This document shows, piece after piece, positions 1-9,021 of a stretch of DNA of 53,371 nucleotides. The translations under genes were made by a program, and so were the position numbers. Under the pieces are notes generated by a model, which was not told the origin of the DNA, ran no database searches, and saw only the letters and a list, made by a program, of their open reading frames with translations. The DNA is taken from contig CAZLEV010000004.1 in assembly GCA_964558645.1 (NCBI GenBank), positions 1 to 53,371 of the forward strand. The letters run 5' to 3'. This DNA is from an uncultured archaeon (GTDB lineage: Archaea; Asgardarchaeota; Thorarchaeia; Thorarchaeales; Thorarchaeaceae). Numbering within the stretch: the first letter of the stretch is position 1; each line of letters opens with the position of its first letter.

Positions 1-2
1 CG

Positions 3-893
3 GAATCACTCAGGGACGAGATTGGCTCTATATGGAATTCGTGCGGAATCAACTCAGAATGGAACGAGTTGAAGACCGTCTTGTTGCATCGACCGGGTGG
101 GGAACTCGACGACATCATAGACCCTGATACCGTCCAGATGATCGATATACCGGACAGGAACCTGCTCAAGGAGCAACACAATGCCATGGCGCAGGCGTAC
201 CGAGATGCAGGTGTGGATGTGCTATACCTGGAACCAGCAGAGATTCCTCCACCAAACCTGATGTTTGTGGCGGACCTCGTGTTCATGACACCCGAGGGGG
301 CAATTCTGTCGCGACCGGCCTCTACCGTGCGTGCGGGAGAGGAGAGAGTTGTTGCTGAAGGGCTGGCCGCGCGGGGCATTCCAATCATCAGGAGTGTCTC
401 AGGAAACGGGACGTTTGAGGGGGCCGATGCAGCGTGGATCGACCCTGATACGGTCATGATAGGACTTGGACTGCGGACCAACGCCGAGGGGGCGTCGCAG
501 GTGGCAACCGTTCTGAACGAGATGGGTGTTGATGTGATTCCAGTAGATCTCCCTCATGGTTCGATGCATCTGATGGGGGACCTGAGGTTCGTGGATGAGG
601 ATGTGGCTGTGTGCAGAGAGGGGAGAACCTCCTATGGGGCCATCATGGAACTCCGGGATCGCGGCTTCTCGTTGATCTTTGTCCCGAACAGCCGCGAGGT
701 CTCGGAGAACATGGCCATGAACTTCGTCACATTGGGGTCGAACAAGATCCTGATGCCCAAGGGGGTTCCGGCGACGCGGTCACTCCTTGAAGATTATGGT
801 GTGGAGTGTCGGGTCACAGACATCGACGAACTGACAAAGGCAGCAGGCGGGATTGGGTGTATGAGCGGAGTGCTCGAACGCAAGCTCGTCTAG
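3..893 (+). CDS. Amidinotransferase / arginine deiminase / DDAH-family protein, 5'-truncated by the window edge
   Basis: Frame is open from position 3 (ESLRDEIGSIWNSCGINSEWNELKTVLLHRPG, matching the ADI-like N-terminal SE..L..VLLHRPG motif). FEGAD, MHL and GGIGCMS supply the acidic/His/Cys catalytic motifs. Confidence 0.85.
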   Translation, partial: ESLRDEIGSIWNSCGINSEWNELKTVLLHRPGGELDDIIDPDTVQMIDIPDRNLLKEQHNAMAQAYRDAGVDVLYLEPAEIPPPNLMFVADLVFMTPEGAILSRPASTVRAGEERVVAEGLAARGIPIIRSVSGNGTFEGADAAWIDPDTVMIGLGLRTNAEGASQVATVLNEMGVDVIPVDLPHGSMHLMGDLRFVDEDVAVCREGRTSYGAIMELRDRGFSLIFVPNSREVSENMAMNFVTLGSNKILMPKGVPATRSLLEDYGVECRVTDIDELTKAAGGIGCMSGVLERKLV

Positions 894-1071
894 GTTGAAT
901 CTGACTGTTGATAGCCCCTGCAGAGATAGCCCGCATCTGTTAGACTCGGGCTGTTCAGTCGGGGGTGCACATGGAAAGGAACCGCTGCCCTCACAGAGTC
1001 AGTCATAGAATGAACAGTACCGTGTGTCTTCAGAGGGATAAATACCATTGCAGACAGAACATGGTGGCTAC

Positions 1072-1464
1072 TCACGGATTCTTAGACCAGTCCTTCAGCT
1101 CCCAGGCGCCATGGGAGACGTGCTGAAAGTGGTCGTCGAACCATTTCCTGGCGGCTGACCTCTTCAGGAGAAGACGAAGCCTTCGTTTGAATACCACGCG
1201 TTCTGTGAGCATAGTTTCAAGCTGGTTCAGGAGTTTCAGACTGCGCTTTGTCATTGCAGTTGACCTATTGGCTTGGTCCATATTTTTCAAATGCTCAAAG
1301 AACTCACTCCAATCATCAAGACTCATGACCTTCTTAGGTTGCCTGTCGGTGTATCGCAGTCTGTACGTGCAAAACCGGAAGGCGTCGTCCAATACAGGAA
1401 CCAAGTCCGGCTCCCCCTTTGCTCGGTCTATTGCCCTGTTGATAAAATCATATATCTTGGTCAT
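1072..1464 (-). CDS. Hypothetical protein (~130 aa), possible winged-HTH-like C-terminus
   Basis: ORF 1072..1548 with a more plausible ATG at 1464 (MTKIYDF). C-terminal FQHVSHGAWELKDW resembles the F..v..G.W.L..W end of HARE-HTH/RpoE-delta domains. Confidence 0.5.
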   Translation of the reverse strand: MTKIYDFINRAIDRAKGEPDLVPVLDDAFRFCTYRLRYTDRQPKKVMSLDDWSEFFEHLKNMDQANRSTAMTKRSLKLLNQLETMLTERVVFKRRLRLLLKRSAARKWFDDHFQHVSHGAWELKDWSKNP

Positions 1465-1632
1465 TGTTGCATCCTCGGCAGCATGGTTGCTTGGCTCTCT
1501 CTTAATACTGTCCATCATGAGAAAGACACAGTTGAAACGAGATCGCAATATCCCACGATGCGTCTTGAAAAGTCAAAACAGGCATCCCATCATCAAATGA
1601 AGGGATACTAATGACACACGGACTACGATGCT

Positions 1633-1668
1633 CTTCTGCAGCAACTTCTGCAGCAACTCCTGCAGCTG
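1633..1668. repeat. 12-bp tandem repeat x3 (CTTCTGCAGCAA, third copy degenerate)
   Basis: cttctgcagcaa cttctgcagcaa ctcctgcagctg read directly. Confidence 0.8.
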
Positions 1669-1950
1669 GAGGATGCTGTGACGCATCTCCTCAAACACGA
1701 GATGAAGTGAACTCCAGGCGGTTTCCCCGAAGCAGTGGTGCTTCCTGAGCGGCCTGAAACTTGCTTCAGATGTGATTCAGCCAGATATCGTTTGTGTGCG
1801 AGATGGCCGATTGTTAAGGTACGGACTCGTTCAGTGTCAGCAAAGCAGGCGTAACTGAAACCCAAGGCGAATTCGATCGGACACTGCTGACAGAAATCGG
1901 ATAGAGGGCGTTGGTTTCACTGTCTGTGAGAGGGGCAATTCTCGAGGAAC

Positions 1951-1960
1951 GCATATATAA
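1951..1960 (+). promoter_or_regulatory. Putative archaeal TATA box for the 2032/3017 gene pair
   Basis: GCATATATAA about 70-80 bp upstream of the ATG at 2032. Confidence 0.45.
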
Positions 1961-2031
1961 TCTCGAAGCGAAGGGGTCATGAGATTAGGAGAAGGACAGG
2001 AGTAATCATAGATATTAAGAAGAGAAGCAGT

Positions 2032-2988
2032 ATGAAGATTGTCACATTCTACTTAGTCCTCCCAGTGATAATCGTTGCAGCATTCATATTGCCATTTGCC
2101 AACTATCCGCAGTCTTCCAGTCATAGGCAGGATATGGTGGCCCCTAGAGGCTACAACTACCTGAAGTACATCCCGACAATTCCGCTGGGGCTGATGACTC
2201 CCGAATACAGTGGAGTACTGCGAGATGAGGTAGATGTTGTAACGGATGTTCTGCTAGGGCTGAATGAAGGGTATGGGAACCTCATCGAGCTGCATCTCAA
2301 GATAGGCTCGACTGCGACTGAGTACGGCTTAAAGACCCTACTGCGGGTAACGGAGCGAACACATGTTTCATCTCATGGACAGTACAGCTCATCAATGGGA
2401 TCATCAGGGGTTCAACTCTACGACGGATATGTGTATGCTAGTGATGTGTCGGCATGGTCGATCAGTAACCCCATGTCTGATCTTCTGTTCCTAAGTGCAT
2501 GTAATAGAATGGGATATGATGGCCATACAGAGTCAACTCTTGCCATGGAGATTAAACGTGTTACTTCAGTGGACATGGTGATAGGTTACAACAACGTTGT
2601 TGACTCGTATTCCTCAGTATACATTGCACACAAGTTCTGGTGGTATCTGACACGAGCCGCCGAGCCATACGGCGGGTTTGATGGGCACACATCGTTTGAC
2701 ATGGCAAAGGACGCCTGTCAGAATCACATCTACGCAATGGAAGCTGTTGCAGTGGGGGGTGCGGTTGTGCTTATAGCATGGATATGGAATTATTTTGCAG
2801 CCGAGAGCATCCTTGCCGCTATTCTAGGTGAAATAGCCGAGAATGCCCTCATGTTAATGACCATAGGGACTTGGTTGAATCTACAGCAGCAGACTTGTGA
2901 CGCTCTGGAATACTATGGAGAAACTGAAGTGCCGCCCCTCGTATGGACTGGTGGAGGCGATCCCTGGGGCGATGATCTGCCATTTTGA
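2032..2988 (+). CDS. Putatively exported CHAT/caspase-hemoglobinase-fold protein with a hydrophobic insertion
   Basis: N-terminal signal/TM segment. THVSSHG...GVQLYDGYVYASDV...DLLFLSAC gives the His-Gly and LSAC Cys dyad. VIGYNNVVD...KFWWYL and ALEYYG match downstream CHAT elements. Confidence 0.65.
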   Translation: MKIVTFYLVLPVIIVAAFILPFANYPQSSSHRQDMVAPRGYNYLKYIPTIPLGLMTPEYSGVLRDEVDVVTDVLLGLNEGYGNLIELHLKIGSTATEYGLKTLLRVTERTHVSSHGQYSSSMGSSGVQLYDGYVYASDVSAWSISNPMSDLLFLSACNRMGYDGHTESTLAMEIKRVTSVDMVIGYNNVVDSYSSVYIAHKFWWYLTRAAEPYGGFDGHTSFDMAKDACQNHIYAMEAVAVGGAVVLIAWIWNYFAAESILAAILGEIAENALMLMTIGTWLNLQQQTCDALEYYGETEVPPLVWTGGGDPWGDDLPF

Positions 2989-3016
2989 ACTATGACAGAA
3001 CGAGAGAGGGGATACA

Positions 3017-4357
3017 ATGTTAGAAGTAGCCTACTCCGAACGAACACTCGTACTGAGTATTGTTCTGAGTGTGATGCTCGCCACCGCATACCATCCGGTT
3101 ATCTCTCCTCAAGTGGGTTCACAGTTCGACCAATCTAGTGATGCTTGTGCTAGTACTCAGCTAGCCCCGGCGACCCACACAGTCACCAGAAAACAGGCTG
3201 TGATAGACTACACTGTTGCTCTGTACAGTGATGACGGCTATTTTCATGGCTATTTGAACGAGCCACCATGCGATGGTTTATTGGGTCTCCACCCGGGAGT
3301 CTATAGTGTCTATCGTGGACATGCTTCGCTGAAGGCACTGAATGCAACCCATCATGTTGATTGGAACGCACCAAGAGAACTGCTTTTGGGTCTAGTCAAC
3401 GGAGAGTCAGCTGCCCCAGAGTATCAAGGGTTGATAAACTTCACCCAACACATCAGTCCAGACATGTCGGCTCAGGCCACAGGTATGGCACTCATGCAAG
3501 ACCTCGGTTGTGTTGACCACATGGACACTGATCTAGTCATGGCGTGGGTGGCAGACCAGCAACTAGATGATGGAGGGTTTCAGACATGTGAGGATCTACC
3601 CCCGCGGACTAAACTCACGTATACATACTTCGCTGTTTCCGTTCTCGCTATGTTTGAATACCTTGATCTGATTGACCGTGATGCAGCCGAAAACTACGTA
3701 TTGAACTGCTGGAATGAGGATGGTGGATTCGGGCTCAGTCCCGGTCGTGAGTCCGATTCTGGCCTCACACCACTTGCTCTCATGACACTGCAGGCCCTTG
3801 GCAGAATGAGCGACCTTAATCACACCAAAGTGCTGCAATATGAACTCCAAGACTGGGATAATGAGACAGGATGTGACAGTGGGGGGATTGTCGGAACAGA
3901 GAGAGCCCTCTGGTCGTTTGATCTGCTTGGAGCATTAGACATCATGGACACAGAGAAGACGGTGGAGTGGATCCTCTCTTGCCAATCTCACATCGAGGGC
4001 GCATTCAGGGTCATTCCCGGGGATGACAGTGATAGACTGGAATTCTGCAGGGCGGCCATTCATGCACTTGAGATACTGGATTCGCTCTCGTCTCTAGAAT
4101 CCATGTTCACTGTTCAGAAGACGCCTGTTTGGGAGGTTCCCCAATGGTATCCAGATAAGATATCAGAAATCGGGACCACATCGGGGTCATCTCCGGCCTG
4201 GATGATTGTATTCCCTGATCTTAGCATGGTCATCGACAGTATTGTGGTAATCGCACCTCTATCGGTCTGTCTGGTTCCCTTGGCGTATGTCCTATACACG
4301 GACCGTCGTGAAAGAATCGAACGCAGACGAATCAAGAAGATGCGCAGCAAGGGATAG
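3017..4357 (+). CDS. Prenyltransferase/squalene-oxidase-repeat (GGTase beta-like alpha/alpha barrel) protein with signal peptide and C-terminal TM anchor
   Basis: Repeats QQLDDGGF, CWNEDGGFGLSPGRES and CQSHIEGAF; hydrophobic N-terminus; C-terminal TM followed by a basic tail (RRERIERRRIKKMRSKG). Confidence 0.8.
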   Translation: MLEVAYSERTLVLSIVLSVMLATAYHPVISPQVGSQFDQSSDACASTQLAPATHTVTRKQAVIDYTVALYSDDGYFHGYLNEPPCDGLLGLHPGVYSVYRGHASLKALNATHHVDWNAPRELLLGLVNGESAAPEYQGLINFTQHISPDMSAQATGMALMQDLGCVDHMDTDLVMAWVADQQLDDGGFQTCEDLPPRTKLTYTYFAVSVLAMFEYLDLIDRDAAENYVLNCWNEDGGFGLSPGRESDSGLTPLALMTLQALGRMSDLNHTKVLQYELQDWDNETGCDSGGIVGTERALWSFDLLGALDIMDTEKTVEWILSCQSHIEGAFRVIPGDDSDRLEFCRAAIHALEILDSLSSLESMFTVQKTPVWEVPQWYPDKISEIGTTSGSSPAWMIVFPDLSMVIDSIVVIAPLSVCLVPLAYVLYTDRRERIERRRIKKMRSKG

Positions 4358-4911
4358 GCTCGCTGTCCAGAACGGCCTACGCCAGTTTCGACATCGGCTC
4401 TGAGGACCAACAGGTACACTCTTCGTAGCGTGCCAGCTCACAAGTAGGTCTCATACCATTCATTGTAAGCTCTACATCGCTAGGCGACTGAGGGAAACAC
4501 CTCCAGAAACGACACTAAAGCAGCTCTAGAAGACCGCAGCATCTGTCAGCTCAATCTCAGTTTCGGATACTCGGGCAAAGGCTGCACGGACATATCACTT
4601 CCCTCGGATGATTGGTTACTTAATGTCGAGCTTCGTCCAAGTTTCCTGAAGCTATCTGTTAACCGCCTCTGATAACCTGAAAAATAGTGAATCGGATGGA
4701 CCCAGATCCTGTTCAGAAATCTGTAAATGCGGGACACTTCAGCGTGATGAGTCGCACATCATGAATCATGCATCGTATACCGGCTGACCCCCATCATCGG
4801 CAAATTGCTTCTATCTTGTCAGAAGAAGAATGATGAATCCCTGCTTGTCCTCCCGATTGGCTTGCTGTATGGATGTCAATCTAGTTCAACAGCACAATGG
4901 GTGATGCAAAT

Positions 4912-5310
4912 CTATCCGATTTCAAGTATGTCTTTCAGGACAAGGCGTATCTTCGTCAGCGGTCGCGAACTGATTCTTCCAGTTATGGACTCGATTCTGT
5001 CAGTGGACACTGCACGAATATTGTGATATAGTGCATATGAGTCGTTTCTCAGTCCGCCGTTCCTGTTCAGGGGTACTACCGTCCAGTAGTTTCTTGCAGT
5101 AGTGGTTAGTGGTACTGCTATGGCGATGGCCAGGCCGGAGCTTCCTCCCCTGTATTTGGTGGGCACTGAAACCACTACGTTCGGCCTCCTTCCACCTTGT
5201 TCATGTCCCACCGTAGGCTCTAAGTCCATGACGGCGATATCTCCGGGACTGACCGACTGCACTAGAACGTCACTCCAAGCCATCGTCATGAATTCGAATA
5301 TTGACTTCAT
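4912..5310 (-). CDS. mazF: PemK/MazF family endoribonuclease toxin (true start probably the GTG of VQSVSPGD, ~5262)
   Basis: GDI...LEPTVGHEQGGRRP.VVVS, VPLTT, DSYA...IRAVS..RI motifs; a GGAGTGA RBS lies just upstream of the GTG. Confidence 0.9.
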   Translation of the reverse strand: MKSIFEFMTMAWSDVLVQSVSPGDIAVMDLEPTVGHEQGGRRPNVVVSVPTKYRGGSSGLAIAIAVPLTTTARNYWTVVPLNRNGGLRNDSYALYHNIRAVSTDRIESITGRISSRPLTKIRLVLKDILEIG

Positions 5311-5416
5311 CGACTATCTCGAAATCTTCAGCGTTGGGTATAATCCCTCGGAGTTTCACTAGGCCTGTTCCCTGATAGTTCTGTTCAGCTAGGATTGCCA
5401 ACTGCGTTCTTATAAT
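5270..5416 (-). pseudogene. 3' remnant of a paralog of the 263-aa protein (5973..6764), directly upstream of mazF
   Basis: Translates IIRTQLAILAEQNYQGTGLVKLRGIIPNAEDFEIVDEVNIRIHDDGLE*, aligning to EILTQLVLLAEENQVSVRPVQIRGIVPDDEDFEINRESHLDT*. No ATG in frame before an upstream stop. Not in the ORF track. Confidence 0.75.
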
Positions 5417-5823
5417 CTGTTTCTTACAGTTTGGTGAGTGAACGTCACCTGTAAGAGACTTCTGCGTTCCACCCCTCCCCTGCCAGCGTCACCGCCCCCA
5501 GATATCCAGAGGACATCTGAGTCAGCAGGGGCATCGTCCGCAATCATGGGGATGGTATCCCTCCCACGGACCGGGTTTCCTTCCTCCTGTGCTTGCACCG
5601 GGGCATCACTCCCGGTCACAGTGAGGGTCTCTGCAGTACTTCCCACGGCGGGATCATCATCACTCATCTCGACCCCGTCGCCGACGTCGAGAAGGCTCGA
5701 TTGAGCATGGTGAACAGCCGCGGACTCTCCGGGACCTGATGGGATCCCCCGTATGGAGAGTACGGACCTCCGTCGAGAAGAAGAGATCTTCCCTCGGGTC
5801 TTCAGCCGCGAGCTCCGTGCCAC
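5410..5823 (-). CDS. Low-complexity hypothetical protein, possibly truncated
   Basis: 137-aa ORF with a basic N-terminus and acidic middle, preceded by an AGGTGAG RBS-like motif and a TTATATA box (~5870, minus strand). Confidence 0.35.
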   Translation of the reverse strand: MARSSRLKTRGKISSSRRRSVLSIRGIPSGPGESAAVHHAQSSLLDVGDGVEMSDDDPAVGSTAETLTVTGSDAPVQAQEEGNPVRGRDTIPMIADDAPADSDVLWISGGGDAGRGGVERRSLLQVTFTHQTVRNRL

Positions 5824-5972
5824 TGCACTGGCTCACTCACCTAGTCCGGTATGCTAGTCGTGACGGTGGTATATAATCTCCTCTCAGTATGGTTTCTTCA
5901 GGGAAAAACAAGCAAAAATCGGCCACATTTCTTACATGTGGGAACTTGGTTCTTTTGGAGAAATGTAAGATT

Positions 5973-6764
5973 CTAGGTATCTAGATGTGATTCTCTGTTG
6001 ATTTCAAAATCCTCATCATCAGGAACAATGCCTCGAATCTGTACCGGACGTACTGAAACTTGGTTCTCTTCAGCTAGCAGGACTAGCTGTGTCAATATCT
6101 CCTGAGTCCAGTCCCTCAGAAGCAATTCGAAATCCTCCATCGTTGAAGTGCTCAGTCGCAATCTGCTTCTGATTACGAAACCCACAAACACGACCATTGT
6201 CACGAAAAGTGAGATATTGAAAAGGAGAAAGGTCATCCCGGCATCCCCGTTCTGTTCCTTTGCCGCTGAAACAGCATCCGGCATATCTTCGGCGTCCGAA
6301 ACATCCAGCTCCATGAAGACGGTCTTCATTTTCTCGATGCTATTCTTCTTCATGTTGTCGGGTATCTGTGGCCACTGCTTGATTCCAGCAGAAAAGAGAC
6401 TGAGAAGGATAGCAAGGCTTCGAAGAGCATAGGCCATGTTCGCAGCTAGCACAGGGCTGTAGAGTCCTTCAGCTGCATCAAGAAAACTCTCTCTTCTGAA
6501 ATCTTCGATGGATGCTTTCAGTTTCGAAAGGGATTTCTCAGCCTGTCTGTGCGCCTCATCCAAATCAGCCAAGACTGTGTCGAATGAATCACGCAATTCC
6601 TTCTGAACTAGCTGCTTCAGTGCATGGCCTATCTGACCATCTCGCACCTCTTCAAGCAACTTGCGAAAGTCCTCATTTCCTTCGGGGTAGTCGGTGACGA
6701 CGATCGGGGGAACAAACATGGGAATTGACACTCTCTTTTCCCTCCGTTCACTAATAAGCGACAC
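5973..6764 (-). CDS. Helical hypothetical protein (263 aa), candidate MazF-associated antitoxin/partner
   Basis: Long ORF with coiled-coil-like and hydrophobic helices and an acidic C-terminal tail shared with the remnant upstream of mazF. Confidence 0.7.
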   Translation of the reverse strand: MSLISERREKRVSIPMFVPPIVVTDYPEGNEDFRKLLEEVRDGQIGHALKQLVQKELRDSFDTVLADLDEAHRQAEKSLSKLKASIEDFRRESFLDAAEGLYSPVLAANMAYALRSLAILLSLFSAGIKQWPQIPDNMKKNSIEKMKTVFMELDVSDAEDMPDAVSAAKEQNGDAGMTFLLFNISLFVTMVVFVGFVIRSRLRLSTSTMEDFELLLRDWTQEILTQLVLLAEENQVSVRPVQIRGIVPDDEDFEINRESHLDT

Positions 6765-7454
6765 TGGGAACTCACAGCGGCAGTGAAATCAGTATTCTCT
6801 CTGTATAAAGCATTATGGTTTGTGTATTGGCTGATATTCCCCGCGAAGCGATGGATAGACGAAATCCGGATGATATCTGTTCGTGAGAAACCTCCTATGA
6901 AATGGCTGATTTGCAGAATTTACTCCTGCAAGGGAGCCAGGATAGGTCTGCCCCCCACATAGATCGGGATATCGCATCCCATATACTATCTCCTGTGTCC
7001 ATTGCGGAGGGGCATTCTCACTGGAATTGCACAAGAGGTGTTCAGTTCTCTCAAACAATGATTTCGTTTATCACTTGGGCTCAGCTGGCAGTCTGCGAGA
7101 AGCAGGTGTGTGGCGGAGTCATACTTGACGAGTCGAGGTCACTCACAGGGAGAAACCACCCTGAAGTGTTGAGATATGAACGCTAGTATGAGCACTCATA
7201 AACTCAGTGACTCCGACCAGCCCAAAGAAGGAGTTCTCTCAGAAGTTGGCTGAACAAGCAGCTCTTTGCCTCCCTCAAACCTGTGAGAGATGACTCGAAC
7301 CCAAAAGAGTGCCAGATGATCTTGCACAGATTAGAGGCGCTCCAGCCAGAGCTCAGGGCATCCACCCGAAGAAATGCGTGCCGCGGTGACGAGTCTCTGG
7401 TCAGAGAAGTCGCACAATTTATATGATTCTGGGCGAAAGAAGGAATGAGGGTGC

Positions 7455-7676
7455 GTGAATATGTCATCTGATTCGAATGGCGCAATTAAACTAACGCCAT
7501 TGCAGTTAGGTTTCCTGATGATAGGATGGGTCTTGTTCATCATCGGTTGGGTCATCCCAGACCTTCCAAGTATACTCCTTCAACTCTCTGTCATACTCAC
7601 CGCTACGATCTTGCTTGTTATAGGAGTGATTCTTGGATTGGGATGGGTGTTCAAGAAGATGAGCCAGGAAGAATGA
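7455..7676 (+). CDS. Small two-TM membrane protein
   Basis: 73 aa with two hydrophobic helices and a KK tail. Confidence 0.55.
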   Translation: MNMSSDSNGAIKLTPLQLGFLMIGWVLFIIGWVIPDLPSILLQLSVILTATILLVIGVILGLGWVFKKMSQEE

Positions 7677-7937
7677 TGCGGTCGGGAAAGATACTAAGAC
7701 GAACAATCTCATCCTCGCGTCCTTTGGACGTGCGGCATTCCGGGGTCGAAGATAGCACAATCAACAATGAACAGTAGGTTCCAATCACTCCGGGCGAAGA
7801 AGAATGCCTGAAGCCAGAATCAAGGGCGGTGATGGAGAACCTTCATTTCAAGTCTGCGGATTGGATTCATATGGACAGTGGTTAGCTTGCATTCACTCAG
7901 ATATGTCCGTCGGCTCGCCAGATGTGCATACTTCACC

Positions 7938-8117
7938 TTACGGTGGCACGATTGCTTTGCCCTTTGCGTAACTCGGGATAGACAGGTCCATGAATCTGAG
8001 AATGGAGTGGAAGATGTCCAGTATGCTTCGCCGTTCGGGTCTGGATTCCGACTGGCCGGGAAAATAGGTGAGATACATTCCATCCCAGTCGTGGACTGCG
8101 TCGTCGGCCTCAGTCAC
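7938..8117 (-). pseudogene. C-terminal remnant of an alkaline-phosphatase-superfamily (type I phosphodiesterase/nucleotide pyrophosphatase-like) gene
   Basis: Translates VTEADDAVHDWDGMYLTYFPG...SILDIFHSILRFMDLSIPSYAKGKAIVPP* (59 aa), matching the DDA.H...G.f and I.D..PTIL...G..IP..m.G..I C-terminal signature. Confidence 0.65.
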
Positions 8118-8123
8118 CTGTAA

Positions 8124-8891
8124 TCAAATCCCGACGCTGAAGAGCACCCACAGTAATGTTAAGATTCCTACCGCAAGAGTAGATATACCAACCAGAGTGC
8201 GCACCTGATGCTGTTCCAGCCTTGCTGTGGTCAGTGCAGAGAGTGGCGCCGCCAGTATCGCTCCGATGGTGATAGTGGCAAAGAGGTGCAGATTCGTGAT
8301 TCCGTTGATAAAGAAGTGCAGAAGGAATCCCACGATGCAGATTAGTCCCTCCACGAAGACCGTGATAGCCACGGCAGCACGGGGGGCTATGTCGCTTAGA
8401 ATCTGTCCGCTCACGGTCACAGGGCCATAGCCACCGCCAGATATTCCCTTATTGAAGGCCGCGACTGAGCCCACGAGAACGAGCTGTCTGCGAGAATGGA
8501 CCCTGCGCCCACCCCCACCTACCAAGATCCAGACACCCATGACACTGACAATAAGGGCGATGTAAATCTTCACGAAGAGCTCAGGGAGCGCAATGACCAA
8601 GAGTGTTGAGATTATGACACCCACCAGTCCAGTAGTGACTAAGATGGTGAATGAGTCCCGCTCGCTGTCGCTCTCAATGAGATTGAAGTTTTCGAACTTG
8701 TGGTGGAAGAGCGAACACAGCAGACCTGCCGCGAATTGACTGAACAGGAGAACAGGGAGGAACTCGATGGGAGCGAAACCAAGGATCAGGAGTACAGGGG
8801 ATAGAATCGTGCCAAAGCCCATCCCGAGGGTGGCGTCGATATACTCGCAGATGAAGGCAAGAACAATGAGAAAAATGGCAGTCTCAAACAT
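8124..8891 (-). CDS. Sulfite exporter TauE/SafE family membrane protein
   Basis: EYIDATLGMGFGTILSPVLL and FNKGISGGGYGP motifs; about 8 TM segments. Confidence 0.9.
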   Translation of the reverse strand: MFETAIFLIVLAFICEYIDATLGMGFGTILSPVLLILGFAPIEFLPVLLFSQFAAGLLCSLFHHKFENFNLIESDSERDSFTILVTTGLVGVIISTLLVIALPELFVKIYIALIVSVMGVWILVGGGGRRVHSRRQLVLVGSVAAFNKGISGGGYGPVTVSGQILSDIAPRAAVAITVFVEGLICIVGFLLHFFINGITNLHLFATITIGAILAAPLSALTTARLEQHQVRTLVGISTLAVGILTLLWVLFSVGI

Positions 8892-9021
8892 TGCATTGAT
8901 ACCTCCGCTCTGTTACATCGATACTCGAACACCTGGTTCCATGGCTGCGATTGATGCAGCTCTCTCACGACCAGCGTGATAGCCATTCATGATCTCTGCT
9001 ACAATTGGTTGTGCAGTCTTC

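Noticed and set aside
1615-1710. Leucine-zipper-like peptide DYDALLQQLLQQLLQLEDAVTHLLKHEMK
   Set aside because: No start codon after the in-frame stop at 1612; the pattern largely results from the 12-bp tandem repeat.
7938-8126. Selenocysteine/readthrough fusion of TauE with the downstream in-frame peptide across TGA
   Set aside because: TauE is already full length, the downstream part is only a domain tail, and I saw no SECIS-like evidence; a deletion junction explains it more simply.
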